This document shows, in pieces, positions 46,076 through 56,024 of a stretch of 64,000 nt of DNA. How positions within the stretch are numbered: position 1 is the stretch's first letter; every line of letters starts with the position of its first letter. Below the pieces are notes generated by a model. It was not told the origin of the DNA, did not search any database, and saw only the letters and a list, made by a program, of their open reading frames with translations. The position numbers were made by a program, and so were the translations under genes. The DNA is from an archaeon (GTDB lineage Archaea > EX4484-52 > WAPT01), in NCBI GenBank assembly GCA_029258795.1, contig JAPDKB010000007.1, forward strand, positions 96,001 to 160,000, in the 5' to 3' direction.

Positions 46076-48532
46076 ATGGTTGAGATGCCGAAGAGGTATG
46101 ATCCTCACGAAGCGGAGAAAAAATGGATGGAGTACTGGGAAAAGGAAGGCATCTTCAGGTTTGACCCAAAGGTAAAGGAGAGAGATAAGATCTTTGCGAT
46201 AGATACACCACCGCCGACCGTTTCCGGCAGCATCCACATGGGTCATGCTTTCGGGTTTTCTCAGGCGGACTTTATCGCGAGATACAAGAAGATGCGAGGC
46301 TACAATTTGTTCTATCCGTTTGGCTATGATGATAATGGGCTTGCCACAGAGCTCTTCGTGAGGAAGGTTAAGGGCATCCTTCCGAGAGATATGAGCAGGG
46401 AAGAGTACGTAAAGATGGTGCTTGAAGTTACGGAGGAAGCGGAGAAGGAGTTCGAGAAGCTGTTCAGAAGGATGGCGATGGCATTTGACTGGACTCTGGT
46501 TTACAGAACCATCTCGCCTGAGGTAACAAGGATGAGTCAGCTGAGCTTCATAGAGCTTTACGAAATGGGCAGAGCGTACAGAAAGGAAGACGTGACCATC
46601 TGGTGCCCCTCCTGCGAGACGGCCATAGCTCAGGTTGAGATGGAGGATAAGAAAGAGAGGGCAAAGCTCTACTACATTCAGTTCGATGTGGAGGGTGGTG
46701 AGAAGATAACGATAGCCACAACAAGACCTGAGCTCATGCCCGCCTGTGTAGCTATCTACGTCCATCCTGAGGATGAAAGGTACAAACATCTGGTTGGTAA
46801 GGAAGCCAAGCTACCGATCTTTGGAAGGGAAGTGCCGATCATGGCAAATGAGGATGTGGACATGGAGTACGGCACGGGAGTTGTTTACCACTGCACATTC
46901 GGAGATTATGCTGATATAGAGTGGGCCAGAGCGTTTAACACCGACATAATCATAGTCATAGATGAGCAGGGCAGGATGAATGAAAAAGCGGGCAAGTATG
47001 CTGGCCTCACGATCAGGGAAGCGAGGGAAAAGATAATCGAGGATCTGAAAGCAGAAGGGCGGGTGGTGAAGGAGGAAGATGTTGAGCATGTTGTTAACGT
47101 GCATGAAAGGTGCGGCACGCCCATAGAATTCCGCGTTACAAAGCAGTGGTTCATAAAGTATCTGGACTTAAAGGACAAGTGGCTTGAGCTGGGAAGGGAG
47201 CTGAAGTGGTATCCTGAGCATATGCGCACGAGGTATGAGAACTGGGTTAAAGGTTTGAAGTGGGACTGGTGCATCTCCAGGCAGCGTAAATTCGGTGTGC
47301 CTTTCCCTGTCTGGTACTGCAAGAAGTGTGGAGAAATAATTGTGGCAAAGAGGGAGCAGCTTCCTGTTGATCCCTTCAGGGACAAGCCGCTGGAGCCGTG
47401 TCCCAAGTGCGGGAGCACCGAGTTCGAGCCGGAGCGGGATGTGATGGACACGTGGGCAACATCATCCATCACCCCCCTCATAAACGCTAAATGGGAGGGT
47501 GATGGTAAAGGCGAGCTGATGGATGCCATCTATCCCATGGATCTCAGACCTCAGGGGCACGACATCATTTCCTTCTGGCTGTTCAACACCATCGTGAAAT
47601 GCTACCTGCACACGGGCAAGCTGCCGTGGAAGGTTACCATGATAAACGGTCATGCTTTAGATCCGCACGGAAGGAAGATGAGCAAGAGCAAGGGCAACGT
47701 CATAGACCCGCGGGACATAATGGACAGGTACTGTGCTGATGCTCTGCGTTACTGGGCTGCCGGAACAAAGCTTGGAGATGATCTGCCATTCCAGGAGAAG
47801 GATGTGCAGACCGGCATGCAGCTGATAAACAAGCTGTGGAACGCTTCGCGCTTCGTGCTGAAGCAGCTGGAAGGATACGAGCCGGAAAAGCTGGAAAGTG
47901 TGGTAAGGGCTGAGGATGCATGGCTACTTGCAAAACTTCATGATGTGATAACTCAAGTTACGGATCTGTTCGAGAACTATGAATACGCAAAAGCGAGAAA
48001 GCTTGTGGAGCAGTTCTTCTGGCATGATTTCTGCGACAACTATCTGGAGATGGTGAAGCAGAGGCTGTACAACAGGGATGAGTACGATGAAGCCACCATC
48101 AGGAGCGCGCAGTACTGCCTGTACCACGGTTTGCTTGCCGTGCTCAAGATGCTTGCTCCGATCATGCCCTACATAACTGAAGAGATTTACTCCTATTACT
48201 TCAGGGAGAGGGAGGGTATGAAGAGCATCCATGCTTCAAGCTGGCCTGAAGCTGAGGACTGGTGGAAGGATGAAAAGGCCGCAACTAGGGGAGATGTGAT
48301 CGTGGAGCTTCTCTCAGCCATAAGGCAGTTCAAGAACCAGAACCGCATGCCTTTGAACGCTGAGATCTCGCGCCTGATAATTCCCGCTGAGCTAAAGGAC
48401 GTGTGCGAAGAATTTGAAGCATGCATAAAGGAGACCGCAAAAGTTAAAGGAATAGAGTACGGTGATGTGGAGGAGGGCTCAGCCACCTTCACAGCCGGTG
48501 AGAAAACCTACAGCATAGTTATCGAGGTTTAG
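46076..48532 (+). CDS. valS: Valine--tRNA ligase (archaeal type)
   Basis: DTPPPTVSGSIHMGH, ATTRPE, DWCISRQR, MDTWATSS, KMSKSKGN. Confidence 0.97.
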   Translation: MVEMPKRYDPHEAEKKWMEYWEKEGIFRFDPKVKERDKIFAIDTPPPTVSGSIHMGHAFGFSQADFIARYKKMRGYNLFYPFGYDDNGLATELFVRKVKGILPRDMSREEYVKMVLEVTEEAEKEFEKLFRRMAMAFDWTLVYRTISPEVTRMSQLSFIELYEMGRAYRKEDVTIWCPSCETAIAQVEMEDKKERAKLYYIQFDVEGGEKITIATTRPELMPACVAIYVHPEDERYKHLVGKEAKLPIFGREVPIMANEDVDMEYGTGVVYHCTFGDYADIEWARAFNTDIIIVIDEQGRMNEKAGKYAGLTIREAREKIIEDLKAEGRVVKEEDVEHVVNVHERCGTPIEFRVTKQWFIKYLDLKDKWLELGRELKWYPEHMRTRYENWVKGLKWDWCISRQRKFGVPFPVWYCKKCGEIIVAKREQLPVDPFRDKPLEPCPKCGSTEFEPERDVMDTWATSSITPLINAKWEGDGKGELMDAIYPMDLRPQGHDIISFWLFNTIVKCYLHTGKLPWKVTMINGHALDPHGRKMSKSKGNVIDPRDIMDRYCADALRYWAAGTKLGDDLPFQEKDVQTGMQLINKLWNASRFVLKQLEGYEPEKLESVVRAEDAWLLAKLHDVITQVTDLFENYEYAKARKLVEQFFWHDFCDNYLEMVKQRLYNRDEYDEATIRSAQYCLYHGLLAVLKMLAPIMPYITEEIYSYYFREREGMKSIHASSWPEAEDWWKDEKAATRGDVIVELLSAIRQFKNQNRMPLNAEISRLIIPAELKDVCEEFEACIKETAKVKGIEYGDVEEGSATFTAGEKTYSIVIEV

Positions 48533-48572
48533 ATGAGCTGACTTCTCGGAGGTGGTAGTATTTAGCGAGGTT

Positions 48573-49772
48573 ATGAGCAGAAAGGAGCTGAAGAAACTGC
48601 TGGACGAGCTCAGCAAGATAAGGGGGAGAGGCACGCAACTCGTTTCCGTCTACATTCCTGCTGGCTACAACATAAACGAAATAGCGAACATGATAAGCTC
48701 GGAGATAAGCACCGCCGAAAACATCAAATCCAAGACCACAAGAAAGAACGTCATCGCTGCTCTTGAAAAAATCGCGCAACGTCTCAAATACTACCAGAAG
48801 ACTCCAGAGACGGGGCTTGTCATTTTTTGCGGGAACGTTGCGGAGAGAGAAGGCGAGACTGATCTGAGGATCTGGGAGATAGTGCCTCCTGAGCCGTTGA
48901 AAGTGCGAATTTACAGGTGTGACCAGACGTTTGTCATTGACCCTCTCAAGCACATGGTGAGGGAAAAGGAGGTTTATGGTCTCGTGACGGTTGATAAAAG
49001 TGAAGCGGCTGTTGGTTTCCTGAGGGGGAGCCACATACAGGTTTACAAAAAGCTTGACTCCCTCGTGCCGCCAAAAACGAAAGCAGGCGGGCAATCAGCG
49101 CAGCGTTTTGAGCGTGTCAGGGAAGGACTGCTGCTCTCCTTTCTGAAGGAGGTTGCGGAGGTTGCTGCTTCCGCTTTCAGAAACGAGGAGGATCTGAAAG
49201 GAATACTCGTTGGCGGGCCGGGCCCGATCAAGGAAAAGTTCGTGAATGAGATACTTCCGCAGGATCTTAAGGATAAGGTGATAGCGATAAAGGATACCAG
49301 CTATTCTGGCACGGAAGCGCTGGAGGAGCTGGTGGAAAGGGCTGAAGACGAGCTTAAGGATGCGAAGGTCTCCAAGGAGAAAGCTGTGCTGAAAAGGTTC
49401 TTCCTGCAGCTTGCGAAGGATACCGGGCTAGCTGTATACGGCCTGCAGGAAACGATGAACGCGCTGCAGCTTGGAGCGCTGGAAGTGCTGATAGTGAGTG
49501 AAGATGCTCCTTATCGGGCTGTGAAGATAAGATGTCCTTCGTGTGGGTTCGAGGAGGAGAAGATAGTAAGGAAGGATGAAAAGCTTCCAGAGATGTGCGA
49601 GAAGTGCGGCACAACGCTTGAAATTGAGGAGATCATGCTGGAGGACTATTTTGAAAAGCTGGCCAGAGAATGGAGCACGGAAGTGGTGGTTGTTTCCTCA
49701 TCAACTCAGGAGGGTGCGCAATTTCTGAGCTTGGGCGGAGTTGGAGGCATCCTGAGGTACAGGTTGGAGTGA
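48573..49772 (+). CDS. prf1: Peptide chain release factor aRF1
   Basis: GRGTQLVSVYIP, NIKS, YRCD, GGQSAQRF, LGGVGGILRY. Confidence 0.97.
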   Translation: MSRKELKKLLDELSKIRGRGTQLVSVYIPAGYNINEIANMISSEISTAENIKSKTTRKNVIAALEKIAQRLKYYQKTPETGLVIFCGNVAEREGETDLRIWEIVPPEPLKVRIYRCDQTFVIDPLKHMVREKEVYGLVTVDKSEAAVGFLRGSHIQVYKKLDSLVPPKTKAGGQSAQRFERVREGLLLSFLKEVAEVAASAFRNEEDLKGILVGGPGPIKEKFVNEILPQDLKDKVIAIKDTSYSGTEALEELVERAEDELKDAKVSKEKAVLKRFFLQLAKDTGLAVYGLQETMNALQLGALEVLIVSEDAPYRAVKIRCPSCGFEEEKIVRKDEKLPEMCEKCGTTLEIEEIMLEDYFEKLAREWSTEVVVVSSSTQEGAQFLSLGGVGGILRYRLE

Positions 49773-49836
49773 TCAGGTAGGGTTGATTCTGCCAACAGGA
49801 AAAAATTTAAATATTCCAAAAAATATCCTACCAAAC

Positions 49837-51060
49837 ATGGAGTATTATCCAAGAATAGTAGAGCAAAAACTGGAGAAGTGGCTGGGTAGAAGGGAAATCA
49901 TAATTTTAAAAGGGCCCAGACAGGCCGGGAAAACGACACTGCTTTTGCATTTAAAAGAAAGATTGGGCGGTAATTATTTCACTCTGGAGGATCCCGAGGT
50001 GCTGAGATCATTTGAGGAACATCCTAAAGAATTCGTGAGGAGGTTCAAAGGCAACATCTTTCTGGATGAAGTTCAGTATGCGAGAAATGCTGGAAGGATT
50101 TTGAAATTGATTTATGATCTGTTCCCGGACATCAAGCTTTTTGTGAGTGGTTCTGGCTCGTTCGATATCAAAGTTCCTGTAATGAAATACTTGGTGGGGA
50201 GGGCGATCACCTTTGAGCTATTCCCGCTCACCTTTGAAGAATTCGTACTGTGGAAAGCGCGAGACCTTCATGACTTTCATAAAGAATTTAGAGCAGCGCT
50301 GATGAGATTCATGGACGGAGAGGAGTATGATGTCGAGCCCGCGTTTGATGATGAGTTTCAAAAACTTTTGGAGGAGTACATAATTTACGGTGGGTATCCC
50401 GCGGTGGTTAAGGAGGAAGATGCGGAAATCAAGGTACAGCTGCTCAAATCCTTAATGCAAGCGTATCTTGAAAAAGACGTATTTTTCTTTTTCGATATTC
50501 GACACCTTGAAAAGTTCAGAGATGTCATGAATTTTTTATCCTTCAACACCGGAAACCTGCTCGAGCCCAATACTGTGGCAAGCTCGCTTTCTCTGGATAT
50601 AAGGACGTTATGGCACTACATCACCGTCCTTGAGAACACGTACATAATCAAGCTTGTGAGGCCGTTTTTCAGGAATGTCTCCACAGAGCTCCGAAAAAGA
50701 AGAAAGGTATATTTCCACGACACCGGCTTGAGGAACGCGATACTGTCGAACTTCACCCCTCTTCAGACGAGAACAGATAAGGGCAAACTACTTGAGAACC
50801 ACATATTCATACAGCTACGAGAGATGGGTGAGTTGAGGTACTGGAGAACGAAAGGTAAAGCGGAGGTGGATTTCGTTTTGATGAGAAACGGTAAAATCGT
50901 ACCGATTGAAGTCAAATCATTCGGTAAGGTTAAGAGGGGTTTCCTCAGCTTCTTGAAGACCTACAGACCGGAGAGAGCAATCGTATTTTCAGAAAGGGAG
51001 TACGGAACGAAAAAAGTGGATAAAACGGAGGTGCTGTTCATACCACACTGGATGATCTGA
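49837..51060 (+). CDS. AAA+ ATPase (AAA_14 + DUF4143-type), paralog of 4185-5468
   Basis: GPRQAGKTT, FLDEVQ, SGSGS, GGYP, YFHDTG, EVDFV...PIEVK. Confidence 0.9.
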   Translation: MEYYPRIVEQKLEKWLGRREIIILKGPRQAGKTTLLLHLKERLGGNYFTLEDPEVLRSFEEHPKEFVRRFKGNIFLDEVQYARNAGRILKLIYDLFPDIKLFVSGSGSFDIKVPVMKYLVGRAITFELFPLTFEEFVLWKARDLHDFHKEFRAALMRFMDGEEYDVEPAFDDEFQKLLEEYIIYGGYPAVVKEEDAEIKVQLLKSLMQAYLEKDVFFFFDIRHLEKFRDVMNFLSFNTGNLLEPNTVASSLSLDIRTLWHYITVLENTYIIKLVRPFFRNVSTELRKRRKVYFHDTGLRNAILSNFTPLQTRTDKGKLLENHIFIQLREMGELRYWRTKGKAEVDFVLMRNGKIVPIEVKSFGKVKRGFLSFLKTYRPERAIVFSEREYGTKKVDKTEVLFIPHWMI

Positions 51061-51065
51061 TAAAG

Positions 51066-51584
51066 TCACTTCTTTTCCGCACCCTTCGTTTTCTTCCTTG
51101 CGGTACGAGTACTACGCCCTGTGCTGAACGGCTCCTTGCCGAGGTCTATGACATAATCGGCAGCGTGCTGCAGAGCTTTTGAAAACGCTGGTTCCCTCCC
51201 GATTATTATCACTTCCTTCCCATGTTCTTTTGCTTTGTGCACCAGCGGCAGGAAGTCGGCATCTCTGGTTGCTATTGCCACAATATCTATATCCTTTCTG
51301 TGCACCGCTTCCATGCACTCAACCGCCATGTAAACATCGACATCCGCGGTTTCATCCTTCATCTTGCTCATGCCGATGACCGGCTCGAATCCTTCATTGG
51401 CTACAGCTTCTATCAACTTTTCCGGAGCATATTGGTTTAGAAAGGCCTTCGCTATCACCACCTTTCCGTACTTCTCCAGCTCGTTCTTAAGTTTCTGCAA
51501 ATTCACCTTGAACTCCTTGCGGAGAATGTTCGGCCCATCGATAAAGACGGCTATGCGTTTTCTCCTTCTGAATAACGGACTCAT
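51066..51584 (-). CDS. NYN domain (LabA/DUF88-like) protein
   Basis: IAVFIDGPN, DVDVYMAVE, ATRDADFLP, ALQHAAD. Confidence 0.9.
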   Translation of the reverse strand: MSPLFRRRKRIAVFIDGPNILRKEFKVNLQKLKNELEKYGKVVIAKAFLNQYAPEKLIEAVANEGFEPVIGMSKMKDETADVDVYMAVECMEAVHRKDIDIVAIATRDADFLPLVHKAKEHGKEVIIIGREPAFSKALQHAADYVIDLGKEPFSTGRSTRTARKKTKGAEKK

Positions 51585-51618
51585 AAAATTCACCCGGAGA
51601 ATGGTAAGGATGGAATCT

Positions 51619-52554
51619 TTATATTAGTATGGTGCTCACCGCTCGCATGCACTCTTCAAGATTCGTTACCGCTTTCGGCGTGTCAGCTCGCGAGTGATAC
51701 ACCTCCATCACCTGCCTGAAAGAGCCGAAGATTCCGGTGGCTTTGTTGAGGAAAGAATTGTCTCTCAGCCATAGCGCATCCCTGATCATCTCTCTGTCTC
51801 TTGTTATTTCCACTCCGCCCCTCCCGATGCAATCCACAACCACGATGCTTTTTGCTTGTTCCATCACATCTCTGAACTCCCTCTCAAGAGCTCTGTAGCC
51901 GTAGCACCAGTAAATCTTTTCATGGCTCACCTCCTCTGACCCGGCAAGCAGGATCAAGCTGTCCTTCAGATTTGCGTGCTTGGCCATGTGGATCAGTAAT
52001 GCTGCTGCCAGTCCGTTATCAATGGCACCACCCCACCATGAATCGTAGTGTGCCACGATGATCTTCTCCGGATTTTCCGTGTTGCCCACCATGATGTTCT
52101 CCTGCCTGTACGCTTTCCAGCTGAGCTTTATGCTGCCCTCCACATCTTTTGCTTTCAGGATGGTGTGCGCATCCCTCCATCTTATGGCAAGGGCTGGAGC
52201 GCTGTAAAAGGTGAATTTGGATACATCCCTGCAGTACGGGTTGTAGTTGAAGTTCGGTTTTCTGTAGTTGGTGGAGTAGCTGTGCTTGAGAGCGTTCACC
52301 ACCCGTTTTTCCCTTATCCTGCCCGAAACCAAGCTTGAGGGAAGGCAGGGCAGCTGTTTTCCATCAACCCACAGCTCATAGCGAGTGAAAACCGGATACC
52401 TGACTCTGTACCGCTGCACCTCAAAGCCCACATTTTGTTTCCTCAGCTTCTCCTTTATGAGCTCCGCCGCTTTTTGCTCGTTCTCCCAGAGGCGAGGAGC
52501 AAGCTTGCAAAGCTCCTCCAGAGTTCTCATCACCTCAGCTTTTTCAATCCTCAT
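51619..52554 (-). CDS. M28-family Zn-dependent peptidase
   Basis: AHYDS, GAIDN, GSEE, VVDCIG, YHSRADT. Confidence 0.88.
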   Translation of the reverse strand: MRIEKAEVMRTLEELCKLAPRLWENEQKAAELIKEKLRKQNVGFEVQRYRVRYPVFTRYELWVDGKQLPCLPSSLVSGRIREKRVVNALKHSYSTNYRKPNFNYNPYCRDVSKFTFYSAPALAIRWRDAHTILKAKDVEGSIKLSWKAYRQENIMVGNTENPEKIIVAHYDSWWGGAIDNGLAAALLIHMAKHANLKDSLILLAGSEEVSHEKIYWCYGYRALEREFRDVMEQAKSIVVVDCIGRGGVEITRDREMIRDALWLRDNSFLNKATGIFGSFRQVMEVYHSRADTPKAVTNLEECMRAVSTILI

Positions 52555-53788
52555 TTCTTCTCACCCCCTCAACCATCCTGCCAGAGAGCTCTCCTGCCAT
52601 CTTGCTGGCTAAAGTGCTGAGGTCTGTGCTGATCTCGTGCCGTGCCTCTGACCTGTCCGTGCCGTTCATTGCCGGCAGATAGACCTGCAGCGCCACCTCA
52701 GCTGCATCGCACCCGAGCTTTTTGATGTAGTGCGTTCCTGCTGCAGCGTGCAGGAGGCGCGGGTCAATGCTGCCATCATATATGGAAAAGTCCGCTATTG
52801 GTAGTTTTGGTATTGAAAGCTCGCGCTCCATCACTTTCTGGAGTTTTAACGCTGGATCCGGCTGGAATTTTCCATCAGGAAGGCCGTTCCTCACAAGGTA
52901 AATGGCTTGCGGATTGTAAGACAGCATGCTCAGTATCAGGTAGTTGTAGGACTCGTGTGCTGTGATGTGCGGGCTCATTTCCTTCAGCTCAGCTGCGCTG
53001 ATGCTCTCTCCTTTTCTTCTGGCTGGAGATGCCGTTCTTTCCTCAGCGTCGATGATGTAGAGTTCCGCTCTTCCATCATCTTTTGGAATCCACACTCCCT
53101 TGACGTATGGCTTCTTTCCGTCCTCCACATCATCGAGGAGATGTGCTGCTATGCTCCTGTAAACTGGAGCGATACATCCTTTATGTAGCTTGCTGGATGA
53201 GATTTTCCGATGGAGGGAAGGTAGGGTGTCGTTTTGTCCGAGCTCAAGCTCGAAATATTCTTCCAGCATCTCTTTCTTTCCTTTGTTCAGATTCAAGCGG
53301 TGCGATTCCAGCGTGTGCATGTCCTTCATTGGAGCGACGGTCACCTTGCTCAGCTCTGCCATGCTGCCATTCTTGCTCTCATTCACCATCAGCACCTCGG
53401 CATAACATCTCTTCTCAAGATTTTTGCTGTGCATGACGTCAACGGGCAAGGATGGCGCGCTGGTAGTATAGCTGGAAGTGATGCCTCCCTTTCCCAAATA
53501 TTTTCCGATCGCATCAGCCAAGTTCAGCAGCACCTCATGCTCCAGCTTGCGCGTTGGCAGCTGTCTGCCGAAGAGCAACGTGATGTCGGCGCTGCTATCA
53601 ACCACACCATGTCTGTACAGCTCATCCTGAATATCGCTGAAAGTCAACGATGTGTTGCAGCACTTGTTTAGCCATGAATCCACCACCCTTTTAATTTCAT
53701 AACTGCTGAACTTTTTCTTCTGCACGGCTTTTTCCATCTCTTTGAGGTTTGTGATGTACCTCACTGCACTTTCACCTCCCAATTCCAT
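52544..53788 (-). CDS. Hypothetical protein (414 aa) coupled to the M28 peptidase
   Basis: AGGAGGTG RBS next to ATG 53788; 11-bp overlap with the peptidase gene; no known motif. Confidence 0.8.
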   Translation of the reverse strand: MELGGESAVRYITNLKEMEKAVQKKKFSSYEIKRVVDSWLNKCCNTSLTFSDIQDELYRHGVVDSSADITLLFGRQLPTRKLEHEVLLNLADAIGKYLGKGGITSSYTTSAPSLPVDVMHSKNLEKRCYAEVLMVNESKNGSMAELSKVTVAPMKDMHTLESHRLNLNKGKKEMLEEYFELELGQNDTLPSLHRKISSSKLHKGCIAPVYRSIAAHLLDDVEDGKKPYVKGVWIPKDDGRAELYIIDAEERTASPARRKGESISAAELKEMSPHITAHESYNYLILSMLSYNPQAIYLVRNGLPDGKFQPDPALKLQKVMERELSIPKLPIADFSIYDGSIDPRLLHAAAGTHYIKKLGCDAAEVALQVYLPAMNGTDRSEARHEISTDLSTLASKMAGELSGRMVEGVRRNED

Positions 53789-53884
53789 CACCTCCTTTTT
53801 TTGGTTTTGTGGAGAAGGATGAGCGAGGAGTTTTTGCAAGAAATTGTCAATATCATGCAAGAACTAATATCGATAGATGTGAGT

Positions 53885-54213
53885 AAGGGCATCAAGTGCT
53901 CGGCAGAATCCACCTTCGCTTCACTTCCGCAACACTCCACCCGAGGCGAGGGGCTTTGGGGCGGAAAAGGAAAAACATCATGCAGGGATTATTTCCCCGC
54001 CCCTCGCCCCGGAAGCTTTAGCATAAAACCAAAAGCCAAAGCCATAGAAAAAGTCGAATCGATAAAAGAGCTCCAGCTTTGCTCTTTCAAGCTTCTCGCA
54101 AGCAGGAGATGCCGCAGTAATACTAGCAATGCTACCATCTCTTTTTGTACGGCACATGTTTGTGCTCAACTGGTGCGGCATCTCCCATCACGCGGGTAAG
54201 CTATGGTGACAGG
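53885..54213 (-). ncRNA. Candidate structured leader RNA / ncRNA
   Basis: Minus-strand GAAACA-TTTATATA promoter at about 54236-54249; five stem systems whose G-U pairs form only on the minus strand; hairpin plus U-run at about 54064-54088. Confidence 0.5.
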
Positions 54214-54348
54214 GTGAATTGATGTTGCGAGAAGTATATAAATGTTTCGCTGGTGCCAATGCGATATACTCCCTGCGAGATTTGGACCCGGAGTTTATTT
54301 GAAACTGTCCGAAACCCTTATAAAAATGTATCGCGTGTCTTTCTTCTC

Positions 54349-55110
54349 ATGATAGATGTGCACTGTCATCTCGAGCAGAAGGATTACGATAACGATCTGG
54401 ATGATGTGATAAGAAGGGCAAAAGAAGCTGGTTTGAAAGCCATCATAACGTGTTGCGCAAATCCAGCTGATCTCGACAAGAGTGTGGAGATTGTGGAAAG
54501 GTATAGAGGTTTCGTGTTTCTCAGCGCTTCCCTCCACCCGATTCACGTGCCGGACTACAGCGATGAGGAAGCGGAAGCATTCATGAAAAAGCTTGAAAGC
54601 CTGAAGGACATACTTGTTGGGATTGGTGAAACGGGACTTGATTATTTCTGGGTGAAGGATGAGAAAGAGAGAGAAAGGCAGAAAGAAGTGTTCCGGATGC
54701 ACATAGAGCTTGCAAGAAAGCTGAAGCTCCCGCTTGTTGTGCACAGCAGGGAAAGCCATGATGATGTCGTGTCCATTCTGGACGAGTACAACTATAATAG
54801 AGTGCTGTGGCATTTCTTCGGAGTGAAGGACAGGGTGGAGTGGCTGGTTGAGCACAACTACAGGGCTTCTTTCAACACCCTGCTGTTCAGGAGCAAGACA
54901 CACAAGAAGATCGTGAAACGCTTGCCGATCGAGCTCATTTTGCTTGAGACGGATGCGCCATGGCTCGGGTTTGGAAAGAGGAACGAGCCGTCAGCCATAG
55001 TTAGAGTGGCTGAGAGAATAGCCGAAGTGAGGAAAATGAATTTTGAGGAAGTATGGGAGACGTGCGGGAGGAATGCTGCGGAGTTTTTCGGGTTGAAAAT
55101 CAAGATTTGA
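54349..55110 (+). CDS. tatD: TatD family nuclease
   Basis: MIDVHCHL, LHP, GIGETGLDY, VVHSR, LETDAPW, RNEP. Confidence 0.93.
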   Translation: MIDVHCHLEQKDYDNDLDDVIRRAKEAGLKAIITCCANPADLDKSVEIVERYRGFVFLSASLHPIHVPDYSDEEAEAFMKKLESLKDILVGIGETGLDYFWVKDEKERERQKEVFRMHIELARKLKLPLVVHSRESHDDVVSILDEYNYNRVLWHFFGVKDRVEWLVEHNYRASFNTLLFRSKTHKKIVKRLPIELILLETDAPWLGFGKRNEPSAIVRVAERIAEVRKMNFEEVWETCGRNAAEFFGLKIKI

Positions 55111-55140
55111 GATGGCTGGCTTGTGAGGAAACTTTTTCTG

Positions 55141-55971
55141 TCAACCTGCCAGCAGCCATCCCGCGACTATGGATAGCACAGCTGCCGTGCCCTTCATGGG
55201 AGTGATCCTCTCTCCGCAAACGGCAACAGCAAGAAAAGCGCTGACAACAAATCCCAAGCTGATGATCGGGAAGACTATGGCGGCTTCCACGTGCTCAAGA
55301 GCGAGCATTGCCGAGAGGAAGGCGATGAAGTGCACAGCTCCCGTCACCACACCATACTTCATTTCTTTTCCGGATTGTCCCGTGTTCTTTCCAGAGCTTT
55401 TCGAAAGTGCAAAAGAACCGGTGGCGTTTGTTAAAAATGCCAAGCTCACAAAGAGAAGCACATTTCCTGACATGGCTCCGAGCTTGGCCGCGAAGCTGGA
55501 AATTGCGGTGAGAAACGCTGCCACAAAAGCGAGCAAAACTGAACGGGTTATCATGCTACCATGATTGTTCTCGGCCGAGATGATCATCACAACCAGAAAT
55601 GAAAGCATCACACCCAAAAGCTGACCATAACTCAAGCTTTCGTTGAGCAACAGCAAACCCATAATGGCCGTCAGCGTGTAATGTGTCCTTATGATCGGCT
55701 GGGTAAAAATGAGCCCCTTCTCCCCAAACAGTTTGAGTTTGATGAAGTCAGCCACAAGCTTGGTTAGAGCTGAGAATACAGCAAGTAACGCGACAGCTCT
55801 CTGGAACGTAATCTCGTGAGTTGAAAGCAGGAGAGTTAGGCCAAGCAGCGCAGCTGTCAGGTAGGAGAAGAATAGATATCTTGCCCTGTTCACTCCTGCT
55901 CTGGATGCCATGAGATAGATAAAGTTGTGAAGTCCGAAGAACAGCATGGATAGGAATGCGACATAGATCAT
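55141..55971 (-). CDS. DMT/EamA family transporter
   Basis: Two EamA-like 5-TM repeats; start chosen by TATA spacing (alternative ATG at 55980). Confidence 0.85.
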   Translation of the reverse strand: MIYVAFLSMLFFGLHNFIYLMASRAGVNRARYLFFSYLTAALLGLTLLLSTHEITFQRAVALLAVFSALTKLVADFIKLKLFGEKGLIFTQPIIRTHYTLTAIMGLLLLNESLSYGQLLGVMLSFLVVMIISAENNHGSMITRSVLLAFVAAFLTAISSFAAKLGAMSGNVLLFVSLAFLTNATGSFALSKSSGKNTGQSGKEMKYGVVTGAVHFIAFLSAMLALEHVEAAIVFPIISLGFVVSAFLAVAVCGERITPMKGTAAVLSIVAGWLLAG

Positions 55972-56024
55972 AGTTCCCATTTCGCGCAACTCATTATATA
56001 AATGTTCCGTGCCATCCAACATAC

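Noticed and set aside
53885-54213. Structured region as RNase P RNA, SRP RNA or a known ribozyme
   Set aside because: Lacks the RNase P CR-I/CR-V motifs, the SRP helix-8 motif and the hammerhead CUGAUGA/GAAA core.
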